A DNA stretch of 64,000 nt. Origin: Vitrella brassicaformis CCMP3155. Its lineage: Eukaryota > Protista > Chromerida. A program made the position numbers and the translations under genes. The notes below the pieces were generated by a model. That model ran no database searches. It was given only the letters and a program-made list of their open reading frames with translations, and had not been told where the DNA came from. The stretch covers positions 85,998 to 149,997 of the forward strand of contig CDMY01000247.1 in NCBI GenBank assembly GCA_001179505.1, in the 5' to 3' direction. This document shows positions 35,628 through 47,800 of the stretch, piece after piece; position 1 is the first letter of the stretch, and each line of letters opens with the position of its first letter.

Positions 35628-36836
35628 CTAGTTGTTTTCGAGAAATGCAGTCTTCTGCGTAGTGGGCACGCTGACTGTGAATGTCCACAGACACGCAACA
35701 CAAAAGAGAAGAGCGCTGGGTCAGTGTCCTTCCCTGGGTGTGTGACACATCAAGGGCTTACATGTGATCTCGATGTCCTTGCCCTCGGACTCTCCGCTGA
35801 AGGGGATGGCGGCCAATATGAAGGTGCCCGGCCCCTTGAGAGCCTCTCGAGCGCCCCTGGCGAAGGCACCCGTCTGCCCGTTGCTGCCACCCGGCGATGG
35901 GGACGTGGGTGCCGCGCCGAAGGCCTTGAAGGCATTCCTGCCATCCTTGTTGCCCTTGTTGACCTTCTCGAGATAGGGCGGCTCTCTACACGCACAACAT
36001 GGGCACGCCACAGACGGGAAATAATGCCTTGGTGTGTCGGGTGTGGCATGTGTGTGCCTGGCTGACCTGAATGTGTCCCAATCGATGAAGACACCCTTGT
36101 TGTCGAAGAGGAGGAATTGGACGGCCGTGACGCAGGCCGACTCGGGGACGGCCGTGAAGGTAAAGTCCATACCCATCTCAGCGGGCACCACAATGTCGGT
36201 CGTGTTGTCCTTTATCATCTTGGCGCTGCCCTCGGCCTTTGGGCTCTTCACGTCCACCAAGTGGAAGCCGGCAAGAGACGGAGTGACACCTAGAGATAGC
36301 GACAGTGCACCGACAGACGGGAACCAATGCAGGATAAACGTGATTGGGTAGGGATTCCAAGTGACGCACCTTTGCATTCTGTCGTGGCGTGTTGATACCA
36401 ACAGATGACACCGCACGCGCACAGCAGCAGTGCCAAACGATCCTCGACTATGCTTTTCGTATGCACGTGCGCGTACCTTCGCTTATCGATAGGGCGTCTT
36501 CCTGCATCTGCAAAGCCACATCCTCGATGACGTAGTCAGGCACTTGATATTCTGACAAAAGACATGAGGAACAAGTGCACGGACCATAAGCAGACAGTGA
36601 GGGTGGTGCTCACGGCCTCCATTGATGGTGATGATGAGGTCGCCGCCGATGCCTATGTTGCTGATGTTGAGGTCCACATCCGGCCCGCCTGGCTGGCTCG
36701 GCACGTCGACAATGACGTCGGTTGGCTCCACCGTTGGTTCTTGCTCCTCCCAGTCCTCCTTTGCGAAGGCCGGGACGAGCTCCAGCGACGCGAGGAAGAG
36801 AAGCGCAGCGAAAGAGAGCACTCGGGACTGCATCAT
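35628..36836 (-). CDS. Secreted beta-sandwich-like protein B (paralog of 30963-32330)
   Basis: Signal peptide MMQSRVLSFAALLFLASLELVPAFA; same core (VTPSLAGFHLVDV...FTFTAVPESACVTAVQFLLFDNKGVFIDWDTFRSREPPYL...GPGTFILAAIPFSG..EGKDIEI); ends FSVPTTQKTAFLENN*. Confidence 0.8.
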
Positions 36837-37120
36837 CGATGGCTGTTGGTGGCTGGCACGCGGCGAAGAAAAGAGGGAGGGATGAGTTGAAGGGGGAGAG
36901 AAGGCAGGAGAAGAAAGGCAAAGCTCGAGTCGGGCAGCCAAAATGTGCTGTAATCTCCGTACTCAACGGCGCATGTCATCCTCGCCGACTCTAGCCAATA
37001 TTTACTGTGCGGCCGTCTTTGCGATGCGCTTTTTTCTTTTTCGCCGCAGCCGCCATTCTCCTGGAAAGAAGCTGCTGCCTTCATCATTACCACCAACCTT
37101 CTCTCGAAGAAAGGTGAACC

Positions 37121-38668
37121 ATGGCATCTCGTGTGGCTTCCTTTGTTGGAACTCTAGTGTCTGCCTTGGTTCTCAGCTCAGATGCAGACGGATCCGATGG
37201 AGGATCTCCGCTGAAGTATCTGTGCGCTTGCACTGGCGAGGCTGTGCGTCATCTCGATCCGTGCCCTCGTCGGCACAATTCAAAGCCATGCCGATGTCAC
37301 GGCTCGTATGAGCGTCATCGCTTCGTATGCACGTAAGGCTGGTCATGGCATCCAATCTTCTTCATGACGACAGTTCCTTTCACCACAGCTTATTCCGTGA
37401 ACTACATTTGGAGGTAAAGGAACGGAAAACAAGGAAGGCCATTGTCTGTATGTTGCCTTGCAGGAGTATTTGAGTGCGTCATCTGCATGGCATCCACAGA
37501 AAATCCTGCAGAGCCACCGCGACGATCAAACCAATACGGCAGCTGCCTCGGAAACGAAGGAGAACACCATCCGTATACTCCACTTGGCGCCCAACAAGGC
37601 AGTTGTATTGGGGCTTAATCTGTACAACCAGAGCAATGTCGAGTACGTCATGGGGGACAAGTTCTCATCGCACTATAGCCAAAGCCAGGCAGACTTCCCC
37701 GGATGGCCGCAGGTAAGGGACAGAAGGACGTTGGTGGTGTACCCTGTGTGCCTTGTTTGTTCTGTGTATGATGCAGGAGTTCGTTTATTCGGACATGACT
37801 GCCCCTTTTCTGGCCCTGAATGTGCCTGCAAGGCACTCTGCAACAGTCCTCCACACGCAACGGATCGACACCCACGGCCTGCCGTTCTACGAGGAGCGAC
37901 AACACACGCCCCTGAATTGCAGCCAAGGCCTTCTCAACCGATTCGATCTCATCATATGCAACCACATGCTGGAGCATTTGCCGGAATGGCTGCCTTCGGC
38001 TCGGTCCATCTTCTCCCTTCTAAAACCGGGGGGCCTGGCTCTTATATCTGTGCCATTCGAATCGGCAACGCTTCATTCGTGGACCCTTCCTAGGTCAGAG
38101 TGGCAGCGAATGAGCTACGGGGGTACGCTTCTAGAGCACAATGATACCTGAATGAATTCTCTTTTTTCTGTTCTGCTCAGGTTGGTATCACATTCAGAAA
38201 TTCAGTCTCGATTTCTTTGACACTTTGCGCTCCCATGTCGGCTTCGAAGTGGGGCCGCTTCGGTAAGATGCACGGACTGGCTGCATGGACAAAATATAGA
38301 TGTACTTCTCTGTCTCTCTGTCAAGGCTCTGCGAGTATTTCTCAGACGGAGGGAGGCCCTTCCCAATCGAGTCTTTCAACCCCAAGAGCTACGCCAATCC
38401 CGAGTTCAACGGGTGTCCGTCTTTGGAGAAGCGAGAAGGCTGGCTGGGACAGTGGCTTGGCCTCGTGCGAAAGCCTTGCGATGTCTTCAGCGCTCTTGGA
38501 GGCGATGGTGTGACAGCTGGCGAAGATGGCGTGGAGAAAGTGTTGCTGCATGCGGAAGGGAGCACAATGTGCCCTCAGGTCACGGATAAGATGAGGGAAG
38601 TGCACACATACTTCAACGAATACATGGCAGACATTCAGAGAGGATACGCAGAAGACACGGAGACATGA
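37121..38668 (+). CDS. Class I SAM-dependent methyltransferase (type 11-like) with N-terminal signal or anchor
   Basis: Hydrophobic N-terminus; CRCHGSYERHR; IRILHLAP; YVMGDKF; FDLIICNHMLEHLPE..SARSIFSLLKPGGLALISVP; spliced SYG|GWYHIQKFSLDFFDTLRSHVGFEV. Confidence 0.8.
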
Positions 38669-39161
38669 TATGGATATATGGATGACGCGTCCTGTCCGTC
38701 TAGGCTTTACATGCATGTACTTAGAGTGTTTGTTCAAACGTCGATATCGTCACGATTCGATGCGGTGAGACGTTGTCTGGGTGAATGCTTCCATCGCGCA
38801 ATGGTATGGTGTGAAACGCATTCATGCAAGTCACGCAGCGCGCACATGGTCACACACACACGTAGTCCCATGCATCACGCACACGTCAGTCCGTCAGTCG
38901 GTGTATGTATGTCACTGGCGCGGAGGGGAGGGGAGGGGAGCTACTTCTGTCCTGTGTGCTGCCTTTGGCCTCTCTGTCTGTCGACCAAGACAACCACAGC
39001 GGAAATGAGGCAGACCAACAACTGATCGACAACCAACAACCGTTTTAAGCAAATGCAGCCGCTAACCCTTCCCTCAGACCTTTCCAACCCACTCACACAT
39101 CCCTCTACACTGGCCGGCCGCTATGCCGCGGATGCACACCCGATCCATGGCTTGGCTACCC

Positions 39162-41864
39162 TCACATGCGGCGATTTCTGCGCTGCTCTCGCAGCCTTGG
39201 GGAACGCCGCAGCTTCTTGAGCGGCTGCTCGTCAGCAGGGACTCTGCGGCGCTTGGGGGGCGGCGCAGCGGCCTCCTCATCCATGTCCCCAACAGGAGGC
39301 TGACCCACCTCTACAGCCGCGGGGACCCCACCCGCACCGTCACCCGCCCCCTGTGCTGCATCGATCCCGGCCATCGGCTCGGGAAGCTGGCCCTCGTGTG
39401 CAGGTGGCTGGCCCACCGGTGCCTCTGCCTTGTCTCGGGAGAGACCGCTGGAGGGAGACTTCCCTCGGGCAGCCAGGAAGTGTGGCGCGGTGTGCCGACG
39501 GATGTGCTGGCGAGGCAAGTCCCCCTTGCGACGTTCACTGCGGCCGTGCAAGCCCCCCTGCGCGCCGGGTTGGTCTTGGTCTTGGGGAGAGGGGTTGAGC
39601 ATATCGACGTCCTCCTGCTGGGGAGGCTTTCCGGTGGCACTCGTCGGCTCACCAGTGCCCTCAGCACGGTCCTCCTCTCGGGGCCTCTTGCTGGCCCTCG
39701 GGCGGGCGGCGGCTGGACCTGGTGCCTCTGAGAGAGGAAGACACGACAACCGCGGATGTGCATTGTGCATCCTTTTGTCTCCGTTGGTGCCTGCGCGCGT
39801 ACCGTATCTGGCCTTGGCACCTGCGAGTGCTGGGTGGTTGAGCGCCTCCCCAGCAGTGATGCGGCGGCTCGGCTCGATAGTGAGCATGCTGGACGACACA
39901 AAAAAAAGGAGATAGATCTACAAGTCTCCCTGTGCCTCTCTCTCTCTCTGTTTGTGTCAGCAGCGTGTGTTCATGTTTCTCACCGGTCGATCAGGTCTAC
40001 GAGGGGATGGTTGGGGGCGATGTCGGTACGCCCATAGCATCCCTCCTCCGACGACCGTGTCAGCAGCTGGTGGGTGGCAGAGCGGGACATCGAGCCATCC
40101 GCATCCTCACGCACCTCTACGCCATAACGCTGCACACAGACATGACGACACCCACAAACACCCCACCATCTGTGGATGCACCCTGGTCCAGCGGTCGGTG
40201 TGGCAGCCATACCGTCTGCAGCCGTTTGGTGGCCGGGAGATGATCTATGTGCTCCAGAGAGGGCGCCATCGCCCGATTAGACGCTATCGAGGTGAGCATG
40301 TCGACCTGCATAGCAGAAGGGCAACAGAAGCGATGGGCATACAATTGATCATCACATTCCCTGCCTCCCATGAGACTTACGCGTCTGTCGCAGTCGCTGC
40401 CGGTGGGCAGGAAGGGCAGGTCGCCCGACACAAACTTAGCCAGCGTGACGCCCGTGGCCCTTCAGTCACACACAGACAGGAAACACAGACACGAAACACC
40501 GATCCATACAAAGGCGGACAGCGGGAGGGAGGCTGTGCGCGTGTATTTATGGTCGAGAGCTCACCAGATGTCTACTTCAGGCCCGTATTTGAAGGCGCCC
40601 ATCAGCAGCTCCGGCGCACGCATGCCTAACGCCACCTGACAAGACAAGACAAGCACGACCAAGCAACAACAATGCGGCTCTCTGCCTCTGTCCGTGTGTA
40701 TGTGTATGTGTATGTGTGTGTATGTGCGTATGATCTGATTGCCCACCACGTTGGTGTCCATGGCCTTCTTAGGGTTGGACTTGTACGCTATCATCGCACC
40801 TGCACACACACATACACATACACATACACATACACAAAGAGCGGATGTGTAGGAGATACGACGAGAGGCGCTGTGTTGCGGCGTGCCGGCATACCATACC
40901 TAGGTCGCCAACTTTGAGTGTTTCTCCGTCCTCGCCGACCAGGCAGTTGTCCTGCTTCATGTCTAGGTGGATCAGTCTACTCTTGTGGAGGTGGTTGAGG
41001 CCCATGAGGAGGTCATAGGCGGCGTCACACGCCTCTTCGACCAAAGGCCCTGCCACACACACATTCGCGCACAGATCAGATTATCCCGCCATTTCTGTGG
41101 CAGTCAAGGTCAACGGTGCTCACCTTTGTACTGGATGTGCGTAGTGCTCCGCCTTCTCTCCTGCCGCCCCAGGTCAGAGGAGCAGTACTCGAGGGCGATG
41201 TAGGCGCTCTTCTCCCACGCACGATCCGACTCGTAGGCCGAGAAACGTCCATACGCCTTGACCACATTGCGATGCTCGCCCGCCATCCTGTAGTTGTCAT
41301 ACTGCAGCACACAAAGCAAAGCAAGAGAAGAAAGGTCTTGGATGGATTGAGATCATGGTTTGTGTGTCAGGGTTATATTGACGCAGTGAGACACACACGC
41401 ACCTCATTTTGTGACATTTCCTTGAGTTTGCGGTAGGGGATGTACTTCTCCTGCATGCCTGGCAACTGAACCTTGTCCTTGAACTGCAACACATCACACA
41501 CACCACACACACAGACGCACGTGTGCATATGAGAAGAGGAGATCTGATCTCCATTCCAGCACCATAACGTACCTTTTTGATGGCCACTCTGGTGTCAGGA
41601 GGCAGTGCCAGGCCTAGGTCATCGAGGTCCCTGCTGTCCTCCTTTCTGATCCCGCTGTACACCAACGACGTCCTTCCTGCACACACGAGCACATCCATCC
41701 ACAGATGCATCCATCCCGCAATCATGTGGGGGCTCGTTGCCATCGTGCGATGCGTGTACGTTACCCTGTCCTTCAAATCGGAGGTCCCGGAAGTTCTGCC
41801 GGAGGAACTCATCCCCAACGTCCGCCCCCAGTGCCATATCAGGCCCATCAGGAGGCTGAGCCAT
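39162..41864 (-). CDS. Divergent CDK/CMGC-like Ser/Thr protein kinase with a long low-complexity C-tail
   Basis: Gly loop EGQ|GRTSLVY, VAIKK, HRNVVKAY, IALEYCSSDL, IHLDMKQDNCL, KVGDLG, DTNV|VALGMRAPELLMG..YGPEVDIW, MLTIEPSRRITAGEALNHP, and basic NLS-like PPPKRRR / KKLRRSPR at the end. Confidence 0.9.
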
Positions 41865-42315
41865 GCTCTCGGACCTCTACGACGCTCTCTACAGAGATCC
41901 GACGGGCCGTTGACGGCCCCTCACAAGGCGCTCACTCAAAGGGGAAGTGCTCCCTCCTCTGAGTCGATGGAACGGTCGGTTACGACCACTTGCAGCCGAG
42001 GAAAGCGTGGATAACAACCTTTGCGAGAGCTACCATTTTGTTCTGTTTTCGGGGGGTCGGCGCGGTCGCAAACCCTGGCCGCCGCAGCTGCGTCGGTCCT
42101 TTTGCACAAAGTCGGGGCCCAGGAGAAATCCAGCATGCCTTTGATGAGGCCTCCGTCTGCCCCTTCTTTCCCACCCCCTTTCGCGCACACACATCCACGC
42201 ACGCACATGGATGACAGGCAGACACATGTGCATCGCTCCCCCTCCACCATTCAAGACCCTCCCCGCTACATATCATCATGATCATGCATGGGCACCTACG
42301 CACCGAGAGAGCTAC

Positions 42316-44763
42316 TTAGTTCCGCAGGGGCTGCATCGCTGCTGAAGAGAACCAACACACAAGAGAGAGACACAGGTGAGGGGCGGATGGCACACAGTGT
42401 TGGCCTCCCCTGCCTACCAAGAAACTACACATACCCGGGGGGCGTGTGGCGCCCGACATGTACCGCACGGCAGGCGGCACCGGATACTGCATCGCAGGCC
42501 GCACTGCACACACACATCCATCCATCCACACATACAGCAACCTTCTGTCTAGGAATCCATCGATGGATCTCACCTGCGAATGGCCCTCGCCCTCCAGGGC
42601 GTATGGCCGTGTGTGTGCCGGGGTGCAGGGGTGCTGGCCCGGCAGGGTAGCTTGGCATCCCGGGCGGCACCATGCGAGCGCCCATCGGAGGTGGGGGATA
42701 CGGCAATCCACCAACAACCTGGATGGAAAAAGGGATGGAGACACACAGGGGGAATGGAAGATAATGACCATGCCAGACAGAGGCATTTGTTCGTGTGCTG
42801 TGGCTGTTTGCTGTTACCTGAGGTGCGTAGCTGTATGTGTGGGACAGCTGCTGACGGGCACTCTGACAAATAAGAAGGAGGGCGATGGATCTTTATACGA
42901 GAGGGAGGGGATGCTGTGGGGGGTTTATTCCTCACCTGGTCTAGTGGGAATATCTGCTGCTGCAGTTTCTGCTGGATGGTTTCAGCCGTGCGGCAGTGCT
43001 CCGTGAAGTCCGTAGCCAAAGACGCCAAAGACTGCGGACAAACACACACACACAGAGAGACCGACACGTACACAAAGACGGACGCATGGGTGTGGTTTCT
43101 GTCTGTGTATGTGTGTGAACCTCATTGATGCGATGCACGTCAGAGAGTTGGCTGTCGTGTTGCTGCGCCTTGGTGCGGATCACCCCAGACACATCCTCAT
43201 CCAAACCATCTACCATCTGCACACACACAAGAATGGCACACATGGCCGATCAACAATCGCTCATGTCGTGTACGTCACCTCAAACATCTCGGTCAGGCGC
43301 TCTTTCTGGCACCGCTCCGTGTCATCCTGAATGGCCTGCACAGGGGACGCACCATCCACCCTCTCTCCCTGTGTGCTGTTGCTGCTGGCGATGCATCAGT
43401 CACCTTGACCTCCTTGAGTTGCTGCTCGAGTGTGTCTGAGCGGCGCCCCACATCCTCCACCGACGAACGGAGACTCGCCGTCACGTGCTCTGCGTCATCA
43501 TTGCAAACGGCACAACCGACAAGCGGACACATGTATGTGTTCGTGTAGGTGTGTGCTGTCATGTGTACTGACCCGTGGCAGTCTTCAACTCGTCCAGCAG
43601 GTTCTCGTTGTGCACCAACAACTGCAGCAGGACACGACACCCACACACAAATGGAGATACTATATACAAACATGGCGCTGTTGTGTGCAGCAGTGGGTAC
43701 CTCGTGTATCATCTGCAGTTTGAGTTTGAACTCCCGGTCCTTCTCGGTGCTGTGCCGCACGCAACTCGTGATGTCCGCAAACACACGACTCAGTTGCTGT
43801 GGGTCAACCCCACACACAAACATAAACACAAAGACACAGACATGCACGCACCCACAGGTGAATGTCGGTTGCTGCCCTCACCTCCCGTATTTCGTTGATG
43901 TCGGCCTGCATACGTTTCTGAAGGGCAACGCTATTCCTGAAAGAACACATACACCCATACACATCGGCGTGCCATTGGGTGGTCTGTGAATGGATGGATG
44001 GATGGATGGGGTGCCATGTTGCACCGTTTGAAGTCACACAGCTCCGTGTTGTTGGTGTGGATGGCCTGAACGACATGCATGGACACAAACGAAGACCCCC
44101 TCGCCCTTCGGCTCTTTTTCTCATCTCATGTGAGTGTGAGTGTGTACGTTTCGTATGATGGACATTTCGGCCTGTAGCTGCTGCTGTGCGTGTCTGTCCC
44201 TGTTCTTGACCTCCGACACCCACTGAGCGAACGCCAACACCGTCACGTCCATATCGCTACTGCTACCACCCGTCAAACCTGCGCACACACACACACATGC
44301 ACGCGCAGTACACACCAATGTTTCTGCAAATCATGTGATCTGACGGACCGGACAGGGAATACGCATTGAGCAGGGAACTATACCTGACAGATAACACAAC
44401 AAGATACCAGCAACGCCAAGATCTCCGCTTGCCAAGCCTGCTCATCTCATTTGCTGACCCAGGGATGGGCGGATAGCTGGAGGATCCGATGCCCACCCCA
44501 TCGGCGGAGGCCTTGCTCGTCTTGCGGCCCGCCCCGCTGCTCTGCGCCGTCACCGCCGTCATGTTGGCGGGCAGACCGGTACCCAGCGATGCGCTATGGC
44601 CCAATACACCCACTGAATCACTATCACCTGCACACACACACACGGAAGCGATGCCTTGAGTTGCGGTCGGCAGAAGCCACGGCGTGTTGGATCTCTGACC
44701 TCCTCTGTCTTTGGACGACTGGGCGCCGGCGGTCTTGCGCCCCTTCCCCACCTTCTCTGCCAT
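42316..44763 (-). CDS. Coiled-coil protein with a Pro/Gly-rich tail
   Basis: Many short exons with canonical splice sites; helical segments AFAQWVSEVKNRDRHAQQQLQAEMSIIRN, NSVALQKRMQADINEIRE, RSDTLEQQLKEVK; ends AAMQPLRN* at 42316. Confidence 0.7.
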
Positions 44764-44835
44764 GGCCCTTCGACCCCCTAGAAAATTTACAAGGCTTCCT
44801 TTGCCCCGGTTCCCATATATTTGTTCGGTGTCATC

Positions 44836-47800
44836 ATGGGTGAGGAGGAGGTGGAGGGCATGGCTGCCATGCGCGAGGAGTTGGCCCGAAAGAACCGCTC
44901 CATAGAGTTCCTGAAGGATAGAGTGAGGACGGAGCAGAACAAAACCGGGCAGGGCGGCGTGGCGGCGAGGGAGAAGCTCGATGAAGAGCTCAGGCTACAG
45001 GTGGGAAGGACCAACCGGCATTGCAATGCCATCTGTCTGTATTCTTTGTCGTTTTTGTTCTCTTTCTCTTGCAGGAGGCGTTGGCGACTCGTGAGCGGCA
45101 GGTGCAGCACCTCAGTGGACAGATACAAAGGCAACACAGGGTAGAATGAACACACCCATGCTGGAGGCGGCTGCAAATCACCGCTGGATGGCTCTTTTTT
45201 CCCGTGGATGTGTATGTCAGGAGCTTCAGCGTCTGCAGGAGGAGCTGTTCAGGGCCCACCAGGGCATGATGCCCATCGGGCCCTGCCAGCAATGCGATGG
45301 CATGCAGCAACACATACAGGTGCGTGCACTCAGCAACAGATGCCATCCGTCCATGGACTGTTTCTCTCCTGTTGTCTTGTTGGCAGCGTTTGGAGGGCGG
45401 CGTGCGTGAGGAGTCTGAGTTGCGGGCCGAGATACAGCGGCTGCAGCAACAGCTACACTCGTTCGGCAGGGAGAGGGACGGCGCGGAGGTACAAGTGGGC
45501 ATGCAAAGGCCGCACATGGTCGGCCATGTGTATTCATGTGTGCCGTGTTTAGCGTGAGTATGAGTTGCAGCGAGAGGCGTCGATGGCCCGGGAGAAGGAG
45601 CTCATCGACAGGGGACTCGACGACCGCAAGGAAATGTCACAACAAAAAGCCATCATCAAGGTGAGCTTGAAACGACGCTGTTCGGTCCATTTATCAATGT
45701 CCTCTCATGCCGTCCTGTGTATACGTGTGTGTGCAGGAAAAGGACGAGAGGATACGGCAGCTCAAGAGCGAGCTCACTAGTGTGCGGGAGAAGCTAAACG
45801 AACGGGACAGCCAGCTCCAGGAGCAGAAACGCAGACACAAGTGAGTATACCTACAGCACAAACAATGCATTTCGGCTCACGTTGCCCATTGTCTTCCCCT
45901 GTTTCCCCCCTGACCTCATCAGCACTGAGCGCAGCCGACTGACATCTGAGATCCAGCAGCTAAAGGCCGAGCTGGACACGGTCAAGGAGCGCAAGAAGGC
46001 CCTCCCGCCACCCCCACAGCTCACCGACCACCATGCAGCCCCCCCTGTTGCTGACACCACATCCCACCACCCCAAGGCCATAACGACCACCACCCAGCCA
46101 TCGGCAGCAGGGCCCAGCCTTCGATCCATGTCGCCAGAGCCCCCCACGTGCCATCGCATCACCCCCGAGAGCGCGCCACCCAACCGCTCAGCCACGCCAC
46201 AGCCGGGCAAAGCAAGTGCGAGTGCCCTTGGGCGCTCATACGACGGCAAGGTGGCCGCGAGAGGAGGGAGGGAGGTGCGCAGGGGGTCCAACAAGCAGCA
46301 TGGGGCGGATGACGAGCTGTTCCTCACATCCACACACACGACGGCGAGCTCCTCGTCTGCGCAGGGGGCGGGCGGGCCGCCTGAGAAGGCAGGAGGGATA
46401 GCCACGGCCAGTAGGAGAGGCAGTGGCGGTGGTGGTGGTGGCAGGAGGCCCTCGGATAACAGCGATGAGCAGCATCAGCACCATCACGTCGTGTCGTCGG
46501 GTGTGAGGCGGGCCAGTAGAGATGAGGGCATCGGTAGCACTACCAGCGATATGCTGGCGGCCAGACGGGAGGCGCTTCTCAGCCTCGAGAATGACGTATT
46601 CAGGAACATCGACAGGAGAATCAGGTGACATACGAAGAACGACGAGCTGCAGGCACACATGCACCTGGTCATCTTCTTGTCTGTCTGTCTTTGCACAATC
46701 TGCAGCCTTGGCGAGAGCAGCACCGACGGCAAGTCTGCCGTTTCGCGAGACATTCCTCCCTCTACCCCTCCCCCATACAGCCCACCTGTCGGCCAGCACA
46801 CACCCCCAGACGAGCCATCGGGCGGCTCGCTAGCCGGCACTCTGGGTCGGGGGCGACATCACTTCCTGCTCAACTCCCCCAACCCACCGCCAGAGAAGAT
46901 GGGCCGTCACGCGTCGATCGAAGAGTCCTTCGAGCGGCCTTCTCCTTATAGCAGAGAGCCCAACCGTCAGCGCACGCCCCCGCCCACCCACTCACGCAGC
47001 CTGTGGGAGGGCGAGCCGAGTCAGGCGTCTGTGCCCCCGCCCCCCAGATGGGCATACAATGTGCGCGGCATCGGCTACGATTGGATGACTATGCAAGAAG
47101 ACGACGGTGCTGCCTCCCCTGTGTCTCGCGTGCGGAATTGGCGGATTAGTGGTGGTGGTTCAGGTGAGGGACGGCCACGGCTGGACAGCTGGGTGCGCGG
47201 GCCTAGCAAGAAGACGTCGTCTGAGGACATCATGGCCGAGAGCGTCGATGACGCCCATTCGCAGCCAAGCGGCCACCGTCCGCTGCCGCACTTCGGCCTC
47301 ATGGGCGATGCAGCGCCTCACATCGTCGCCGCCCCGCCCCCTCCCTCCATCCTAGACATCCACTCACGGCTGCAGTTGGCGGCCGACTTTGACGACTCGC
47401 CGGCCACGCCCAATCCCGAGGAGAGGCCGCTGAAGCCGCCAGAGGTGGCCGAAGGGGCATCGTACGTCAAGCTGCTCACCTCTCAGGTGGACGCCGACAC
47501 CAACCCCAACAGCATGCAGAGGGAGCCGACAATGGAGGGCGGCCAGGCCCCGCTCGGCAATAAGAATCGGCTGAGGAAGGGCGCTGGGACGTTGGCGAGC
47601 ACACCCAAGGGCATCAGCAAGGACGAGAGCGCGCTGCCGAGTCCGCCGTCGAACATCCAGCTGCGAGGCCGGCCGGGCGGCAAGCACACGTCGGCTGTCT
47701 CTTCGTCCCACCCGACCATGAAGCACTTCACCTTCGGCACCACGTCCAACCCATCCATTGCCATGCCGGCGAGCACTCTCACCAGCACCAAGTCCCGCAG

